Shown: positions 38,639 to 49,700, counted from the stretch's first letter. The stretch is 64,000 bases of DNA from an uncultured bacterium (GCA_963764045.1 CAVXQW010000003.1:4647-68646); one strand, 5' to 3'. Translations and numbers: made by a program. Notes: a model not told the origin generated them from the letters alone.

Positions 38639-40294
38639 GTGGGGACACACCCGAATGCCGGGAAACCGGCCGATCCGAAGCGCCTTGTCAATGTGCCGCG
38701 TCTGGTTGCGGCCTACTACACCGGAACTCCCGACCCGGCCGATCCTTCTCAGCGGGTGGCGTTCGGTACGTCCGGCCATCGCGGGTCGTCCCTCTCCCTT
38801 TCCTTCAACGAGGCCCACATCCTCGCCGTGACGCAGGCGATCTGCGAGATCAGGGTGCGCGGGAAGGCGACGGGCCCGCTCTTCCTCGGGATGGACACCC
38901 ACGCGCTTTCGGAGCCGGCGTTCCGCAGTGCGCTCGAGGTGCTGGCGGCGAACGGCATCGAGGCGATGGTGGACCGGGACGGCGGCTACACCCCCACGCC
39001 GGTCATCTCCCATGCCATCCTCTCTTACAACCGGGGGCGCAGGGAGGGCCTGGCCGACGGGATCGTGATCACCCCGTCCCACAACCCGCCCGAGGACGGT
39101 GGGTTCAAGTACAACCCGCCGCACGGCGGACCGGCGGACACGGGGGTCACCCGGCAGATCGAAGAGCGCGCCAACGGGATCCTGCGGTCGGGATCCGGGG
39201 AGGTGCGGCGTCTTTCCTTCGAGCGGGCCGTTTCGGCGACCACAACGCGTCGTCACGATTTCGTCGGATCCTACGTCGGCGATCTCGGCGCGGTGCTGGA
39301 CCTCGAGGCGATCCGCGGGGCCGGCATCCGGATCGGCGTCGACCCGCTGGGAGGCTCCGCGGCGGGGTACTGGGAACCGATCGCCGATCGATACGGCTTG
39401 AATCTCACGGTGGTGAACCCGGTCGTCGACCCGACGTTCCGGTTCATGCCGCTCGACTGGGACGGGAAGATCCGGATGGACTGCTCCTCCCCGTTCGCGA
39501 TGGCGGGACTGATCGCGATGCGCGACCGGTTCGACGTCGCCTTCGGAAACGACACGGACGCCGACCGGCACGGCATCGTGACGCGGACCGCCGGACTCCT
39601 CAACCCGAACCATTACCTCGCGGTGGCGATCGACTACCTTTTCCGGAACCGTGCCGGGTGGCGATCCGAGGCCGGGATCGGGAAGACCGTGGTGAGCAGC
39701 GGGATGATCGATCGCGTGGCGGCACGCCTGTCGCGCCGGCTGTACGAGGTCCCGGTCGGGTTCAAATGGTTCGTCCAGGGTTTATCGGACGGCACGCTCG
39801 GATTCGGAGGCGAAGAGAGCGCGGGCGCCTCGTTCCTGCGGGAGGACGGGACGGCGTGGAGCACGGACAAGGACGGGCTGATCCTCGGGCTGCTCGCGGC
39901 GGAGATGATGGCCACCACAGGGAGGGACCCGGGTGAACATTATGCCGATCTGTCCCGGGAGTTCGGCGCCCCGGTGTACGAGCGGATCGACGCCCCCGCG
40001 ACGATGGCGCAGAAGGCAGCGCTGACCGCAATGTCGCCTTCGCTGGTGACGGCGAAGACGCTGGCAGGGGAGCGGATCGAGGCGATGCTCACGACCGCCC
40101 CCGGGAACGGCGCCGCGATCGGGGGCCTGAAGGTGGTCACCGCGAACGGCTGGTTCGCCGCCCGCCCCTCGGGGACCGAGGACGTCTACAAGCTGTACGC
40201 CGAGAGCTTCCTCGGCGAGGAGCACCTGCGGCGGATTCAGGAGGAGGCAAAGGCCCTCGTCGCTCGGGTCTTCTCAACCCGGAGCCAGGCGTAA
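38639..40294 (+). CDS. pgm: Phosphoglucomutase (alpha-D-glucose-phosphate specific)
   Basis: [36 protein letters not shown]. Confidence 0.95.
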   Translation: MGTHPNAGKPADPKRLVNVPRLVAAYYTGTPDPADPSQRVAFGTSGHRGSSLSLSFNEAHILAVTQAICEIRVRGKATGPLFLGMDTHALSEPAFRSALEVLAANGIEAMVDRDGGYTPTPVISHAILSYNRGRREGLADGIVITPSHNPPEDGGFKYNPPHGGPADTGVTRQIEERANGILRSGSGEVRRLSFERAVSATTTRRHDFVGSYVGDLGAVLDLEAIRGAGIRIGVDPLGGSAAGYWEPIADRYGLNLTVVNPVVDPTFRFMPLDWDGKIRMDCSSPFAMAGLIAMRDRFDVAFGNDTDADRHGIVTRTAGLLNPNHYLAVAIDYLFRNRAGWRSEAGIGKTVVSSGMIDRVAARLSRRLYEVPVGFKWFVQGLSDGTLGFGGEESAGASFLREDGTAWSTDKDGLILGLLAAEMMATTGRDPGEHYADLSREFGAPVYERIDAPATMAQKAALTAMSPSLVTAKTLAGERIEAMLTTAPGNGAAIGGLKVVTANGWFAARPSGTEDVYKLYAESFLGEEHLRRIQEEAKALVARVFSTRSQA

Positions 40295-40386
40295 CCTTTC
40301 CCTTGTGCTGCGACGACTCCAGGAGGGGTTCCGGTATACTGACAACGATTTCCTGAGTGGATCTCACTTTCCCGGGGAGATACCCG

Positions 40387-41970
40387 ATGGCCGTGGAAAG
40401 GAAGTCTCCTGCTACCGTCGTCTGGTTCCGGCGGGACCTGCGTCTATCGGACAACCCCGCGCTCGAGGCCGCGGTCGCGCGGGGCGGACCCGTCGTTGCC
40501 GCGTGGGTGCACGCTCCGGGGGAGGAAGGGGATTCTGCTCCGGGAGGCGCCGCACGCGTCTTCCTTCACGACGCCCTCCAGTTCCTCGCGGAGTCGCTCG
40601 AAGCAAGGGGAGGGCGTCTTGTTCTGCGGCGGGGTCCCACCATCAAGGCGCTGATCGACCTCGCCCGCGAGACGGGGGCCGACACGGTTTACGCCAACAG
40701 GACGTGGGAGCCCCAGCTCCTCGCCCGGGACGCGAAGGCGGTTGCGGCGCTGCGAGCCAACGGTCTCGACGCGCGGTTGTTCGACGACGGCGTCCTCTTC
40801 CCGCCCGACACGGTGAAGACCGGCGCGGGTGGTCCGTTCCGGGTCTTCACGCCGTTCTGGCGGCGGTGTCTGTCGTCTCCGGGCCCAGAGGCGCCCCGGC
40901 CGGAGCCTGCACGGATCCTTTCCCCGGGGACGCCTCCTCCTTCCTGGCCGCTGCCGGAACTTCGGCTTCGTCCTTCCGTCCCTTGGGATGCAGGGATTCG
41001 CGACGGCTGGCCGGCCGGCGAGAAGGCGGGGGGGGATCGTCTGTCGAGATTCCTGGAGGACGCGATGGCCGCCTACCCCGACGACCGCGACCGGCCCGAC
41101 CGGGATGGGACGTCCCGGCTCTCCCCCTACCTGCACTTCGGCTGCGTGAGCGTCCGCAGAGTGTGGCACGCGGTCCGATCGCGCGCGGGGGCGGACAGCG
41201 CGCCGGGGACCGCGCGCGGCGCGGAAGCCTTTCTTCGACAGCTGGCGTGGAGGGAATTCGCCCATCACCTCCTGTTCCACTTTCCCGCGACCGTCCATGC
41301 ACCGCTGCGGGAGGAGTTCACCGCTTTCCCCTGGAGGGACGACCCCGCCGCCCTCGTCGCCTGGCAGAAGGGATGCACCGGCTACCCGCTGGTGGACGCG
41401 GGGATGCGGCAGCTCTGGAAGACCGGGTGGGTGCACAACCGGGTCCGGATGGTGGCCGCTTCCTTCCTGGTGAAGGACCTTCTCCTCCCGTGGCGGATGG
41501 GAGCCGCCTGGTTCTTCGACACCCTGGTGGACGCCGATCTTGCGAACAACACCTTCGGATGGCAGTGGGTCGCCGGATGCGGTGCGGACGCCTCGCCGTT
41601 TTTCCGCGTCTTCAACCCGGCACTGCAGGGGGGGAAGTTCGATCCCGGGGGCGGCTACGTCCGGGCGTGGGTGCCCGAAATCGCCCGGTTGCCGGACCGG
41701 TGGATCCATCGGCCCTGGGAGGCGCCTGCTTCCGTGCTGTCCGATGCGGGGGTGACGCCCGGAAAGACGTATCCCCTCCCGATCGTCGACCACGCCGCCG
41801 CCCGGCTCCGCGCCATCGCCGTTCTCCCCCGGCGGGTCCCCGAAAGGCCGAGGGAACCGGAAGGTCTCTCCGGTTATCGCATCGACGGGATGCGAACGGT
41901 CCGGAGGGGGGATAGCCGATGCGCCTTGCGATTACGGGTTCGACGGGGCTCGTGGGTTCCGAGGTGGTGA
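40387..41970 (+). CDS. phrB: Deoxyribodipyrimidine (CPD) photolyase
   Basis: WFRRDLRLSDNPAL, TSRLSPYLHFG, WREF, TGYPLVDAGMR, HNRVRM, GWQW.AG.G.DA.PFFR.FNP. The 3' end is uncertain (52-nt overlap with the next gene). Confidence 0.9.
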   Translation: MAVERKSPATVVWFRRDLRLSDNPALEAAVARGGPVVAAWVHAPGEEGDSAPGGAARVFLHDALQFLAESLEARGGRLVLRRGPTIKALIDLARETGADTVYANRTWEPQLLARDAKAVAALRANGLDARLFDDGVLFPPDTVKTGAGGPFRVFTPFWRRCLSSPGPEAPRPEPARILSPGTPPPSWPLPELRLRPSVPWDAGIRDGWPAGEKAGGDRLSRFLEDAMAAYPDDRDRPDRDGTSRLSPYLHFGCVSVRRVWHAVRSRAGADSAPGTARGAEAFLRQLAWREFAHHLLFHFPATVHAPLREEFTAFPWRDDPAALVAWQKGCTGYPLVDAGMRQLWKTGWVHNRVRMVAASFLVKDLLLPWRMGAAWFFDTLVDADLANNTFGWQWVAGCGADASPFFRVFNPALQGGKFDPGGGYVRAWVPEIARLPDRWIHRPWEAPASVLSDAGVTPGKTYPLPIVDHAAARLRAIAVLPRRVPERPREPEGLSGYRIDGMRTVRRGDSRCALRLRVRRGSWVPRW

Positions 41971-42830
41971 CCGTTCTTGCCGCGGCGGGGCATGAGGTCG
42001 TCCGCCTGGTACGACGTGCGCCCGCCCCGGGGGAGAAGGCTGTCCGGTGGGACCCGGAGAAAAGGGAGATCAACGCGGCGGGACTCGAGGGGATGGACGC
42101 GGTCGTCCATCTGGCGGGGGAGAACGTCGGCGCCGGCCGGTGGACCGACTCCCGGAAGGCCGCCATCCGGGACAGCCGAGTGGACGGGACGCGCCGTCTC
42201 TGCGACGCCCTTGCCGGGCTCGTCCGGCCGCCGAAGACGCTCGTGTGCGCTTCCGCGGTCGGCTATTACGGAGACCGGGGAGAGGAGACGTTGACGGAGG
42301 AGAGCCCACCCGGCACGGGATATCTTGCCGAGGTCTGCCGGGAGTGGGAGGCGGCCTCCGCGCCGGCCGCGCGGAAGGGGATCCGCGTCGTCGCGTTGCG
42401 GATCGGGATGGTCCTCTCGCCGAAAGGGGGGGCGCTCGCGCGGATGCTCCCGCTGTTCCGGGCGAGGCTCGGGGGCGTGATCGGCGGTGGACGTCAGTAT
42501 GTCAGCTGGGTCGCACTCGACGACCTTCCCCTCATCCTGCTCCACGCGTTGCAGCGCGGCGATCTGAGCGGCCCGGTCAACGCCGTCGCGCCGGGACCGG
42601 TCACCAACCGGGAGTTTACCGAGGCGCTCGGGAATGCCTTGTCGCGCCCCACGCCGCTTCCCGTCCCGGCCTTCGCCCTCCGGATCGCGGTTGGAGGCGA
42701 GATGGCGGACGCCTTGCTGTTGGCGAGCGCGCGCGTGATCCCGCGCCGATTAGAGGAGACCGGCTACCGATTCCGTTTTCCGGAACTAGGGGGGGCGTTG
42801 CGTCACCTCCTCGTCCGCAAGAAGGGGTAA
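41919..42830 (+). CDS. TIGR01777 family NAD-dependent epimerase (YfcH-like)
   Basis: ITGSTGLVG, VHLAGE, SRVDGT, SAVGYYG, VCREWE, GPVNAVAP. Confidence 0.9.
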   Translation: MRLAITGSTGLVGSEVVTVLAAAGHEVVRLVRRAPAPGEKAVRWDPEKREINAAGLEGMDAVVHLAGENVGAGRWTDSRKAAIRDSRVDGTRRLCDALAGLVRPPKTLVCASAVGYYGDRGEETLTEESPPGTGYLAEVCREWEAASAPAARKGIRVVALRIGMVLSPKGGALARMLPLFRARLGGVIGGGRQYVSWVALDDLPLILLHALQRGDLSGPVNAVAPGPVTNREFTEALGNALSRPTPLPVPAFALRIAVGGEMADALLLASARVIPRRLEETGYRFRFPELGGALRHLLVRKKG

Positions 42831-42911
42831 GGAGGCGGGCGAGGAGGCACGGAAGGGGACATTCCTGGTTCTGACCCGGGCGAAGGAAAGGAGTGTCCTC
42901 TGCCAAGAGAG

Positions 42912-43655
42912 TCAGCGGTCGAAAAATTTTCGCCTGAACTCCCGGACGACGAACGCGAGGTGTTCTTTCATCGCCTCTTCCGCGAGCTCCGGGTTCCGGT
43001 CGTGGATTCCCTGGTAGACCTTCCGGTGATGATTGAGAATCGTCTCCTGGTCCTCGCGGCTGACGAAAACCTCCTCCCGGTGCACCTTCACGGAGTAGTT
43101 GATGAGGGAGTAGATGTTGTCGATCAGGTGCATGTAGATCGTGTTGTGCGTCGCGGCGGCGATCTCGGTGTGGTACTTCAAGTCCACTTCGTACCGGATC
43201 GCCCCCTGCTCGAAGTCCCTCTCCATCTCCTCCAGGTAGCTGCACATCATCTTCAGCTCCTGGTCAGTCCGGTTCCGGGCCGCTTCCCGTGCCGCCCACG
43301 TCTCCATGAAGGCGCGCAACTCGGCTAGCTCGAGAACCCGTTTCTTGTCCTGCTCGATAAACCGCTCGAGCGGCTTGCGGATCTCCTGCCCGGTGATGTT
43401 GCGGATGACGGAACCGCCGCCGTGAACGGTCTCGAGGATCCCGTGCATCTCCAGCTGCTGCAGGGCCTCACGAACGGAGGTCCGGCTCACTCCCATCTTC
43501 TCGGAGAGATCCCGCTCGGACGGCAGACGATCCCCCACCTTCAATAAACCGTCGGAAATCCGCTTATACAGCTGGCTGGCTACTTTCTCCGATACCCGCT
43601 CCATACGGATGGTGTCGAAGGCAATCGGTGTTAGCCCGTTCCCCTTACTGGTCAT
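42912..43655 (-). CDS. FadR/GntR family regulator (GlcC/LldR-like)
   Basis: GDRLPSERDL...GVSRTSVREAL wHTH, FCD domain; divergent from the glcD operon. Confidence 0.9.
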   Translation of the reverse strand: MTSKGNGLTPIAFDTIRMERVSEKVASQLYKRISDGLLKVGDRLPSERDLSEKMGVSRTSVREALQQLEMHGILETVHGGGSVIRNITGQEIRKPLERFIEQDKKRVLELAELRAFMETWAAREAARNRTDQELKMMCSYLEEMERDFEQGAIRYEVDLKYHTEIAAATHNTIYMHLIDNIYSLINYSVKVHREEVFVSREDQETILNHHRKVYQGIHDRNPELAEEAMKEHLAFVVREFRRKFFDR

Positions 43656-43690
43656 ACCAGTTTTATAAAGGATTGCGAATCCGGCGTCAA
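43647..43690 (-). promoter_or_regulatory. Regulator promoter (TTGACG-17-TATAAA) with FadR-type operator ACTGGT-CAT-ACCAGT over the start
   Basis: -35 at 43685-43690, -10 at 43662-43667, palindrome at 43647-43661 (TGGT-N3-ACCA). Confidence 0.7.
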
Positions 43691-43792
43691 GGGGATTCGG
43701 CCGAAGGAGGTGTTGCGGCGAGAATTTTATTAAAATATATTGTTTATTAATAGGCACTTATGATATTTAATAAACTCTTGTTATTTTTTCCC

Positions 43793-43833
43793 TTGACATC
43801 GGATCGCGAGCAATCTATTAATGGTCAACCATT
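43793..43833 (+). promoter_or_regulatory. glcD operon promoter (TTGACA-17-TATTAA) with operator AATGGT-CA-ACCATT
   Basis: -35 at 43793-43798; palindrome at 43820-43833 overlapping -10/+1. Confidence 0.65.
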
Positions 43834-43835
43834 TT

Positions 43836-43870
43836 ACCACCAAACCACTAAACCTCCAAACCTCCAAACC
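43836..43870 (+). repeat. 8-nt tandem repeat (ACCWCYAA)x4 in the 5' UTR
   Basis: accaccaa accactaa acctccaa acctccaa acc. Confidence 0.75.
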
Positions 43871-43884
43871 TTGCGGGGGGAGCG

Positions 43885-45272
43885 ATGACGGTCGGGCTGG
43901 CGGGAAAGCTGGAGGAACTCCTCGGGAAAGAGAAAGTCCTCTCCTCCGAGGCAGATCGGCTCTGCTACTCCTATGACGCGACACCGCTGGTATCTTGCTT
44001 GCCGGAAGTCGTCGTCCGCGCCTCGACCGAAGAGGACGTCCATGTCGTCCTCGAAGCTGCGACCAGGGAAGGCACCACTGTCACGCCGCGCGGGAGCGGC
44101 ACCGGATTGAGCGGCGGATCCGTCCCGGTCAGCGGCGGAATCGTCCTGCTGACCACCGGGATGAACCGGATCCTCGACGTGGACGCCGACGACCTCTCCG
44201 TCACGGTGGAACCCGGGGTGATCACCGCGGATCTCCATGCGGCGGTGGAGTCGAAAGGTCTTTTTTACCCGCCCGACCCGGGGAGCATGAAGATCTCCAC
44301 GATCGGCGGCAACGTGGCGGAGAACTCGGGCGGGCTGCGCGCCATGAAGTACGGGATCACCGGCGACTACGTGCTCGCCCTCGACACGTTTTTCGTGGAC
44401 GGATCGAAAGTCCGCTACGGCACGAAGTGCATGAAGGACGTCGCCGGGTACAACCTCACGAAGTTCCTGGTCGGCACGGAAGGGACGATCGGGATCTTCA
44501 CGAGGATCATCCTCAAACTCGTGCCGAAGCCCCAGGGAAAGAAGACGATCCTCGCCCTCTATGACGACATTCTCGACGCCGGACGCACCGTGTCCGCCAT
44601 CGTCTCCCGGAAGGTCATCCCCTCCACGCTCGAACTGATGGACGATGTGACGATCGCTTGCGTCGAGGAGTACGCGAAGATCGGACTCCCCCGGGACGCC
44701 GCTGCGCTTCTACTGATCGAGACGGACGGACACCCCGAGGTGGTGAAGGAGGAGAGCGCCAAGATCGAAGAGGCGTGCCGCGAGAACGGGGCGAGGACCG
44801 TGCGCGTGGCGAACGACGCGGCCGAATCGGAGGAGTTGTTCACAGCCCGCCGGATGGCCCTGTCGGCGCTTTCCCGGTTGAAACCGACCACGATCCTCGA
44901 GGACATCACCGTTCCCCGTCCCGCCATCCCCGAGATGATGGCGGCGATCCGCGAGACGGCCGGGAAGTACTCCCTCCGGATGGGGACCTTCGGCCACGCG
45001 GGGGACGGGAACCTCCACCAACGTGCTTGACGGACGAGCGGGACAAGGAGGAGATCCACCGCGTGGAAGCCGCGTACGACGAGATTTTCCGCAAGGCGAT
45101 CGCCCTCGGGGGGACGATCTCAGGAGAACACGGCACGGGGATGGCGAAGTCGAAATATCTCCCGATGATGGTCGGTTCGAAAGCGGTCGAGGTGATGGCC
45201 CGCATCAAGGGGGTCTTCGACCCGCAGGGGCGGCTCAATCCCGGCAAGATTTTCCGGCCGGATGCGCGCTGA
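43885..45272 (+). CDS. glcD: FAD-linked 2-hydroxyacid oxidase subunit, GlcD-like (frameshift near 45018)
   Basis: PRGSGTGLSGG, FYPPDPGS, TIGGN, GHAGDGNLH; then in the shifted frame GGTISGEHG, DPQGRLNPGK. Confidence 0.88.
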
Positions 45273-45277
45273 CGGGC

Positions 45278-46608
45278 ATGGGCGCCGCACCGGACCTGTC
45301 GAAGCTACGCGAGGCGTTTTCCACCCTCGACGTCCACGACTACGGTGATGTGCTGCAGTGTATGCGATGTGGCTTCTGCCTTCCCACCTGCCCGACCTAC
45401 CGGACCGACGGCGTGGAAACGCAGTCCCCCCGGGGCCGCGTCGCGATGATCAAGGCGGTCGTCGACGGACGGATGAGCCCGACGGAAGAGTTTGCGGAGC
45501 ACATGTACCACTGCCTCGACTGCCGCAACTGCCACACCGTCTGCCCGGCGGGGGTCACGGCGGGGGAACTGGTGCTCGAAGCACGCCACCGGATCGAGGA
45601 ACACCGGCCGCAAGGCCCGGTAAAGCGGTACCTCCTCGGACACGCGGTGCGCGACCAGCGCCGTCTGTCCCGGCTACTCGCGCCCGTGCGGTTGTACCAG
45701 CGCGCGGGGATCCAGGCGCTCGTACGGAAGTACGATCTGTTGAAGGCGGTCTCCACGGGGCTGTCGCACCTCGAGGCGATGATTCCCCATATTCCCGACC
45801 GGCCGCTCACGGAGACGCTTCCCGAGGAGATTCCCGCCGACGGGAAGGAAAAAGGCAGAGTCGGCTTTTTCCTCGGGTGCGCAATGAACCTGCTCTATCC
45901 GGAAGCCAGCCGCGCCACGGCATGGCTCCTTTCGCGGGCCGGGTATGCCGTTGTCACTCCGAGGGAGCAACAGTGCTGCGGCGCACCGAACATCGAGGAG
46001 GGAGAGCGCACGGTCTACCGCGAGATGGCGGCGAACAACGTGGACCTGTTTCTCGCGAATCACGTCGATTTCGTGGTCACCGACTGCGCGGCGTGCGGGA
46101 ATGAGCTCAAGTCGTACGGGAAACTCCTCGGCGGCAGGGGAAGGGACCCCCGACACGCCCGCGATTTCTCCGGGAAAGTCCGCGACGTCTCCGAGTTCCT
46201 CGCAGGCGCTCTCGGGCGGGAGATCCCCTTCGGATCGGTCGATGGGACGGCGTGCTTCCACGATCCGTGCCACCTGTGCCATGCGCAAGGAATTACCGCA
46301 TCGCCGCGGGAACTGCTGCGCCGCGTCCCCGGGCTTCGCCTCTCCGAGATTCCCGACGCCGGGCAATGCTGCGGGTCAGCGGGGGTCTATAACATCACGC
46401 ACGCGGAACGGTCGATGAAAATCCTCGCCGCGAAGGTCGAGGCGATCGGGAAAACGGGAGCGAACACCGTGGTGTCGTCGAACCCCGGATGCCTGCTCCA
46501 GCTCGAATACTCGAAGCGCAGGTTCAAGACGGACTGGGAAATCGTCCACATCTCACAGATCCTCCGCCGGTCTCTCGCGCGCGAGGAAGAAAAGGAGGAA
46601 GCGAATGA
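45278..46608 (+). CDS. glcF: GlcF-like Fe-S subunit (2x4Fe-4S + CCG domains); stop codon apparently lost
   Basis: CMRCGFCLPTCPTY, SPRGR, CLDCRNCHTVCP, QCCGA, HDPCHL, CCGSAG, NPGC. End inferred from the overlapping ATGA at 46605-46608. Confidence 0.82.
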
Positions 46609-47879
46609 AGGACGGAAAAGGAACCAAGGTGTCGCGCAGGAACTTCCTGAAGCTGTCCGGGGCGACCGCCGCAGGGGCGGCGGGGTTGTTCTCCGGGGGC
46701 CTTTCCGGCCTCACGGTCGGCCCGAGGGAGGTGTTCGCGAAGGAGGAGCTGAAGGTGGGGATCCTCGACCCGTACAGCGGGCCGTACGCGGACTCGGGGC
46801 GGGAGCAGACCAACGGCGCGCTGATCGCCGTGGACGAGTACAACAAGAAGGGCGGCGTGCTCGGCCGGATGGTCACCACGTTCCAGGAGGATACGGCAAC
46901 CAACCCGGGCACGGCGGTGCAGAAGGGGAAGAAGCTGATCGACGAGGTGAAGGTGGAGTACATCGTCGGCACCGTCTCCTCCTCGGTCGGGCTTGCGGTT
47001 TCCGCCCTGTGCCAGGAGAAAAAGGTCATCTACATGTCGAGCGGATGCCACTCGGACGACATCACCGTGGGGGACAAGGCGCACCGGCACACGTTACGGC
47101 CCACCTGCAGCAACACGATGCTCGCCCGCGCCACGGCGAGCTACATCGCCGACAAGTTCGGGAAGAAATGGTACTTCATCACTTCCGACTACTCCTGGGG
47201 GCACACCGGCCGCGACGCCTTCAAGAAGGTGCTGATCGCCAAGGGGGGGAAAGTAGTCGGGGAAGACCTGACCCCCCTTGGGACCACCGACTACAGCTCT
47301 TTTCTCCTCAAGGTCCGCAATGCCCGTCCCGACGTGGTGATCGTCTCCCTGTACGGCAACGACCTCGTCAGCTGCATCAAACAGTTCAACCAGTTCGGAA
47401 TGCGCAAGGAGATGCAGATCGGCCGGCCGCTGAACGGCCTCGAGATGGCGCGTGTGATCGGGAAGGAGAACAACGTCGGATACTGGGGCATGCCCTGGGA
47501 CGTAACCGTGAACACGAAGGGGTCGATGGACTTCACCGCGAAGTACAAAGGGAAGTACGGCAAGATTCCCTCCTGGCGCGCCTATCTCGGTTACATCGGC
47601 ATGGAGGAACTGCTCTCCGGAATCGAGCGGGCCAAAAGCCCGGAACCGAAGAATGTAATCCTCGCCCTCGAAGGGCACGTCTTCGACGGGTTGAAGGAGA
47701 ACAAGTCGCAATGGCGCGCCTTCGACCACCAGAACATCCAGGATACCTACTGCGGCCGCGCCAAGTCGGGCGCCGAGGTCAAGCACGAGGACGACCTCTT
47801 CGAGATCGTGGCGATGAAGAAAGGGGAAGAGGTGGCCCATACCCGAGCCGAGAACCCCGTCAAGCTAGAGGCGCTGTAA
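46605..47879 (+). CDS. Liv-type ABC substrate-binding protein with Tat signal
   Basis: SRRNFLK, DPYSGPYA, GGVLGR, DYSWG, TTDYSS. Confidence 0.88.
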   Translation: MKDGKGTKVSRRNFLKLSGATAAGAAGLFSGGLSGLTVGPREVFAKEELKVGILDPYSGPYADSGREQTNGALIAVDEYNKKGGVLGRMVTTFQEDTATNPGTAVQKGKKLIDEVKVEYIVGTVSSSVGLAVSALCQEKKVIYMSSGCHSDDITVGDKAHRHTLRPTCSNTMLARATASYIADKFGKKWYFITSDYSWGHTGRDAFKKVLIAKGGKVVGEDLTPLGTTDYSSFLLKVRNARPDVVIVSLYGNDLVSCIKQFNQFGMRKEMQIGRPLNGLEMARVIGKENNVGYWGMPWDVTVNTKGSMDFTAKYKGKYGKIPSWRAYLGYIGMEELLSGIERAKSPEPKNVILALEGHVFDGLKENKSQWRAFDHQNIQDTYCGRAKSGAEVKHEDDLFEIVAMKKGEEVAHTRAENPVKLEAL

Positions 47880-47889
47880 TTCCGGGGGG

Positions 47890-48765
47890 ATGATGGATAC
47901 GTCGCTGCTGCTAAGCCAACTCTTCAACGGCGTCAACCTCGGCCTGCTCTACGTCCTGATGGCAACGGGGCTGACGATCATCATGGGGACGATGGGGGTG
48001 GTCAATTTCTCCCACGGGATCCTCTTCACCTTCGGCGCGTACCTCACGTACTCGGTCGCAGCGAAACTCGGTTACTGGCCGGCGCTCCTCATCGCCCCGG
48101 TTCTGGTCGGTGTGATCGGGATGATCCTCGAGATGGGGCTGGTACAGCGGGTCTATGGAAAGGACCCGCTGTACAGCCTCCTTCTCACATTCGGACTCGC
48201 GATGGCGCTCGAAGAGGTGGTCCGCATCGGCTGGGGGACGACGGGGCTTCCGTTCTCACCCCCCGATTACCTGAACTCCTTCGTCGACCTGAAGATCATG
48301 TTCTACCCGCTCTATCGGCTCGTGGTCTTCGGTTTCATCCTCCTGCTCATCCTTGCTCTCTGGTTCTTCCTCGAGCGGACGACGATGGGGAAGATCGTCC
48401 GGGCGGGGATCCAGGACAGCCTGATGGTGGGGATCCTCGGGGTGAACACGAGGGTCCTCTTCACCCTCGTGTTCGGACTCGGGTCGTTCCTCGCCGGCCT
48501 CGCGGGGGTGCTCTCCGCGCCGATCACGGGGATCATGCCGACGATGGGGGACAATGTCATCATGCCCTCCTTCATCGTCCTGATCCTCGGCGGGGTGGGG
48601 AGCTTCTACGGCTCCGTCGTGGGGGGGTTGCTTCTCGGGATCATCGTCTCCATGTGCAACCAGTTCGTGCCGGCCATCGCCGAACTGTCGATGTACCTAG
48701 TGATGGCCATCGTGCTGCTTGTCCGGCCCAGGGGACTTTTCGGCGAGGAGGGGCTGTTCGAATGA
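47890..48765 (+). CDS. Liv-type ABC permease (LivH-like)
   Basis: GLTIIMG...VVNFSHG, LGGVGS, VRPRGLFG. Confidence 0.9.
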   Translation: MMDTSLLLSQLFNGVNLGLLYVLMATGLTIIMGTMGVVNFSHGILFTFGAYLTYSVAAKLGYWPALLIAPVLVGVIGMILEMGLVQRVYGKDPLYSLLLTFGLAMALEEVVRIGWGTTGLPFSPPDYLNSFVDLKIMFYPLYRLVVFGFILLLILALWFFLERTTMGKIVRAGIQDSLMVGILGVNTRVLFTLVFGLGSFLAGLAGVLSAPITGIMPTMGDNVIMPSFIVLILGGVGSFYGSVVGGLLLGIIVSMCNQFVPAIAELSMYLVMAIVLLVRPRGLFGEEGLFE

Positions 48766-49700
48766 TCTACACGAAAAAAGATTTGCTCTGGGTCGGCGCG
48801 GTCACGGCCCTGTTCGCCGTCCTTCCGCTCCTCCTGCCGCGGATCGGGAGTTCCATCCCCGTGGGAACGGAGATCATGATCTGGGGGATCTTCGCCACCG
48901 GGTACAACATCCTGCTGGGAGTGACCGGGATCCTCTCGTTCGGCCACGCCGCGTTTTTCGGTCTGTCCGGCTATGCGACCGGCCTCCTGCTGGTAAAGGC
49001 CGGGATGCCGCTCCAGGCCGCGATCCCCCTGGCGGTGGGGGCGTCCATTGTCGCCGCATTCCTGATCGGCTCCCTCATCATCCGGAAGCGCGGGATCTAC
49101 TTCGCGATGCTCACCATCGCCTTCGGCCAGATGTTCTACTTCATCGCCTCGCAGTGGAACTCCCTGACCGGCGGCCAGGACGGCCTGACGGGGTTCAAGC
49201 GGACCGATTTCCTCGGATTGGACATCCGCGCGGAGAATCACTTCTACTACTTCGTGCTCGGATTCTTCTTCCTGACCCTGCTGCTGGTGCGGGGTCTGCT
49301 CAATTCCTCCGTCGGAAAGACGCTGGTGGCGATCCGCGAGAACATCCATCGCGCGGAGTTTCTCGGGATCGACGTGAAAAAGTACCAACTGCTCGCCTTC
49401 GTGGTATCCGGAACGTTTGCCGGTCTGTCGGGGTGCCTTTATGTGCTCCTGCTCAATTTCGCCTTCCCCGAGCTTCTATACTGGAAGACTTCTGGGGACG
49501 CGGTACTGATGTCGGTCATCGGCGGGATGCACGCTTTCTTCGGCCCGTTGCTGGGGGCCGGCGTCTTCGTCTTCCTGCGCGACATGATCAGCACGCTGAC
49601 GCCCCATTGGGCGCTGCCCCTGGGCGCCATCTTCGTCACGTTCGTGCTCTTTTTTCAGAAGGGAATTCTCGGATTCTTCGAGAAGGGGAAGGAGGGATGA
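48762..49700 (+). CDS. Liv-type ABC permease (LivM-like)
   Basis: SFGHAAFFG, GIYFAMLT, TGGQDG, AIREN. Confidence 0.9.
   Translation: MIYTKKDLLWVGAVTALFAVLPLLLPRIGSSIPVGTEIMIWGIFATGYNILLGVTGILSFGHAAFFGLSGYATGLLLVKAGMPLQAAIPLAVGASIVAAFLIGSLIIRKRGIYFAMLTIAFGQMFYFIASQWNSLTGGQDGLTGFKRTDFLGLDIRAENHFYYFVLGFFFLTLLLVRGLLNSSVGKTLVAIRENIHRAEFLGIDVKKYQLLAFVVSGTFAGLSGCLYVLLLNFAFPELLYWKTSGDAVLMSVIGGMHAFFGPLLGAGVFVFLRDMISTLTPHWALPLGAIFVTFVLFFQKGILGFFEKGKEG

Noticed and set aside
43836-43870. CRISPR-like repeat
   Set aside because: The units are 8 nt with no spacers and no cas genes. I saw no CRISPR array in the window.
45023-47893. 956-aa ORF extending GlcF across the binding-protein gene
   Set aside because: The extension is out-of-frame junk over a clear Liv-type gene. 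A single indel would restore a stop at 46606-46608.
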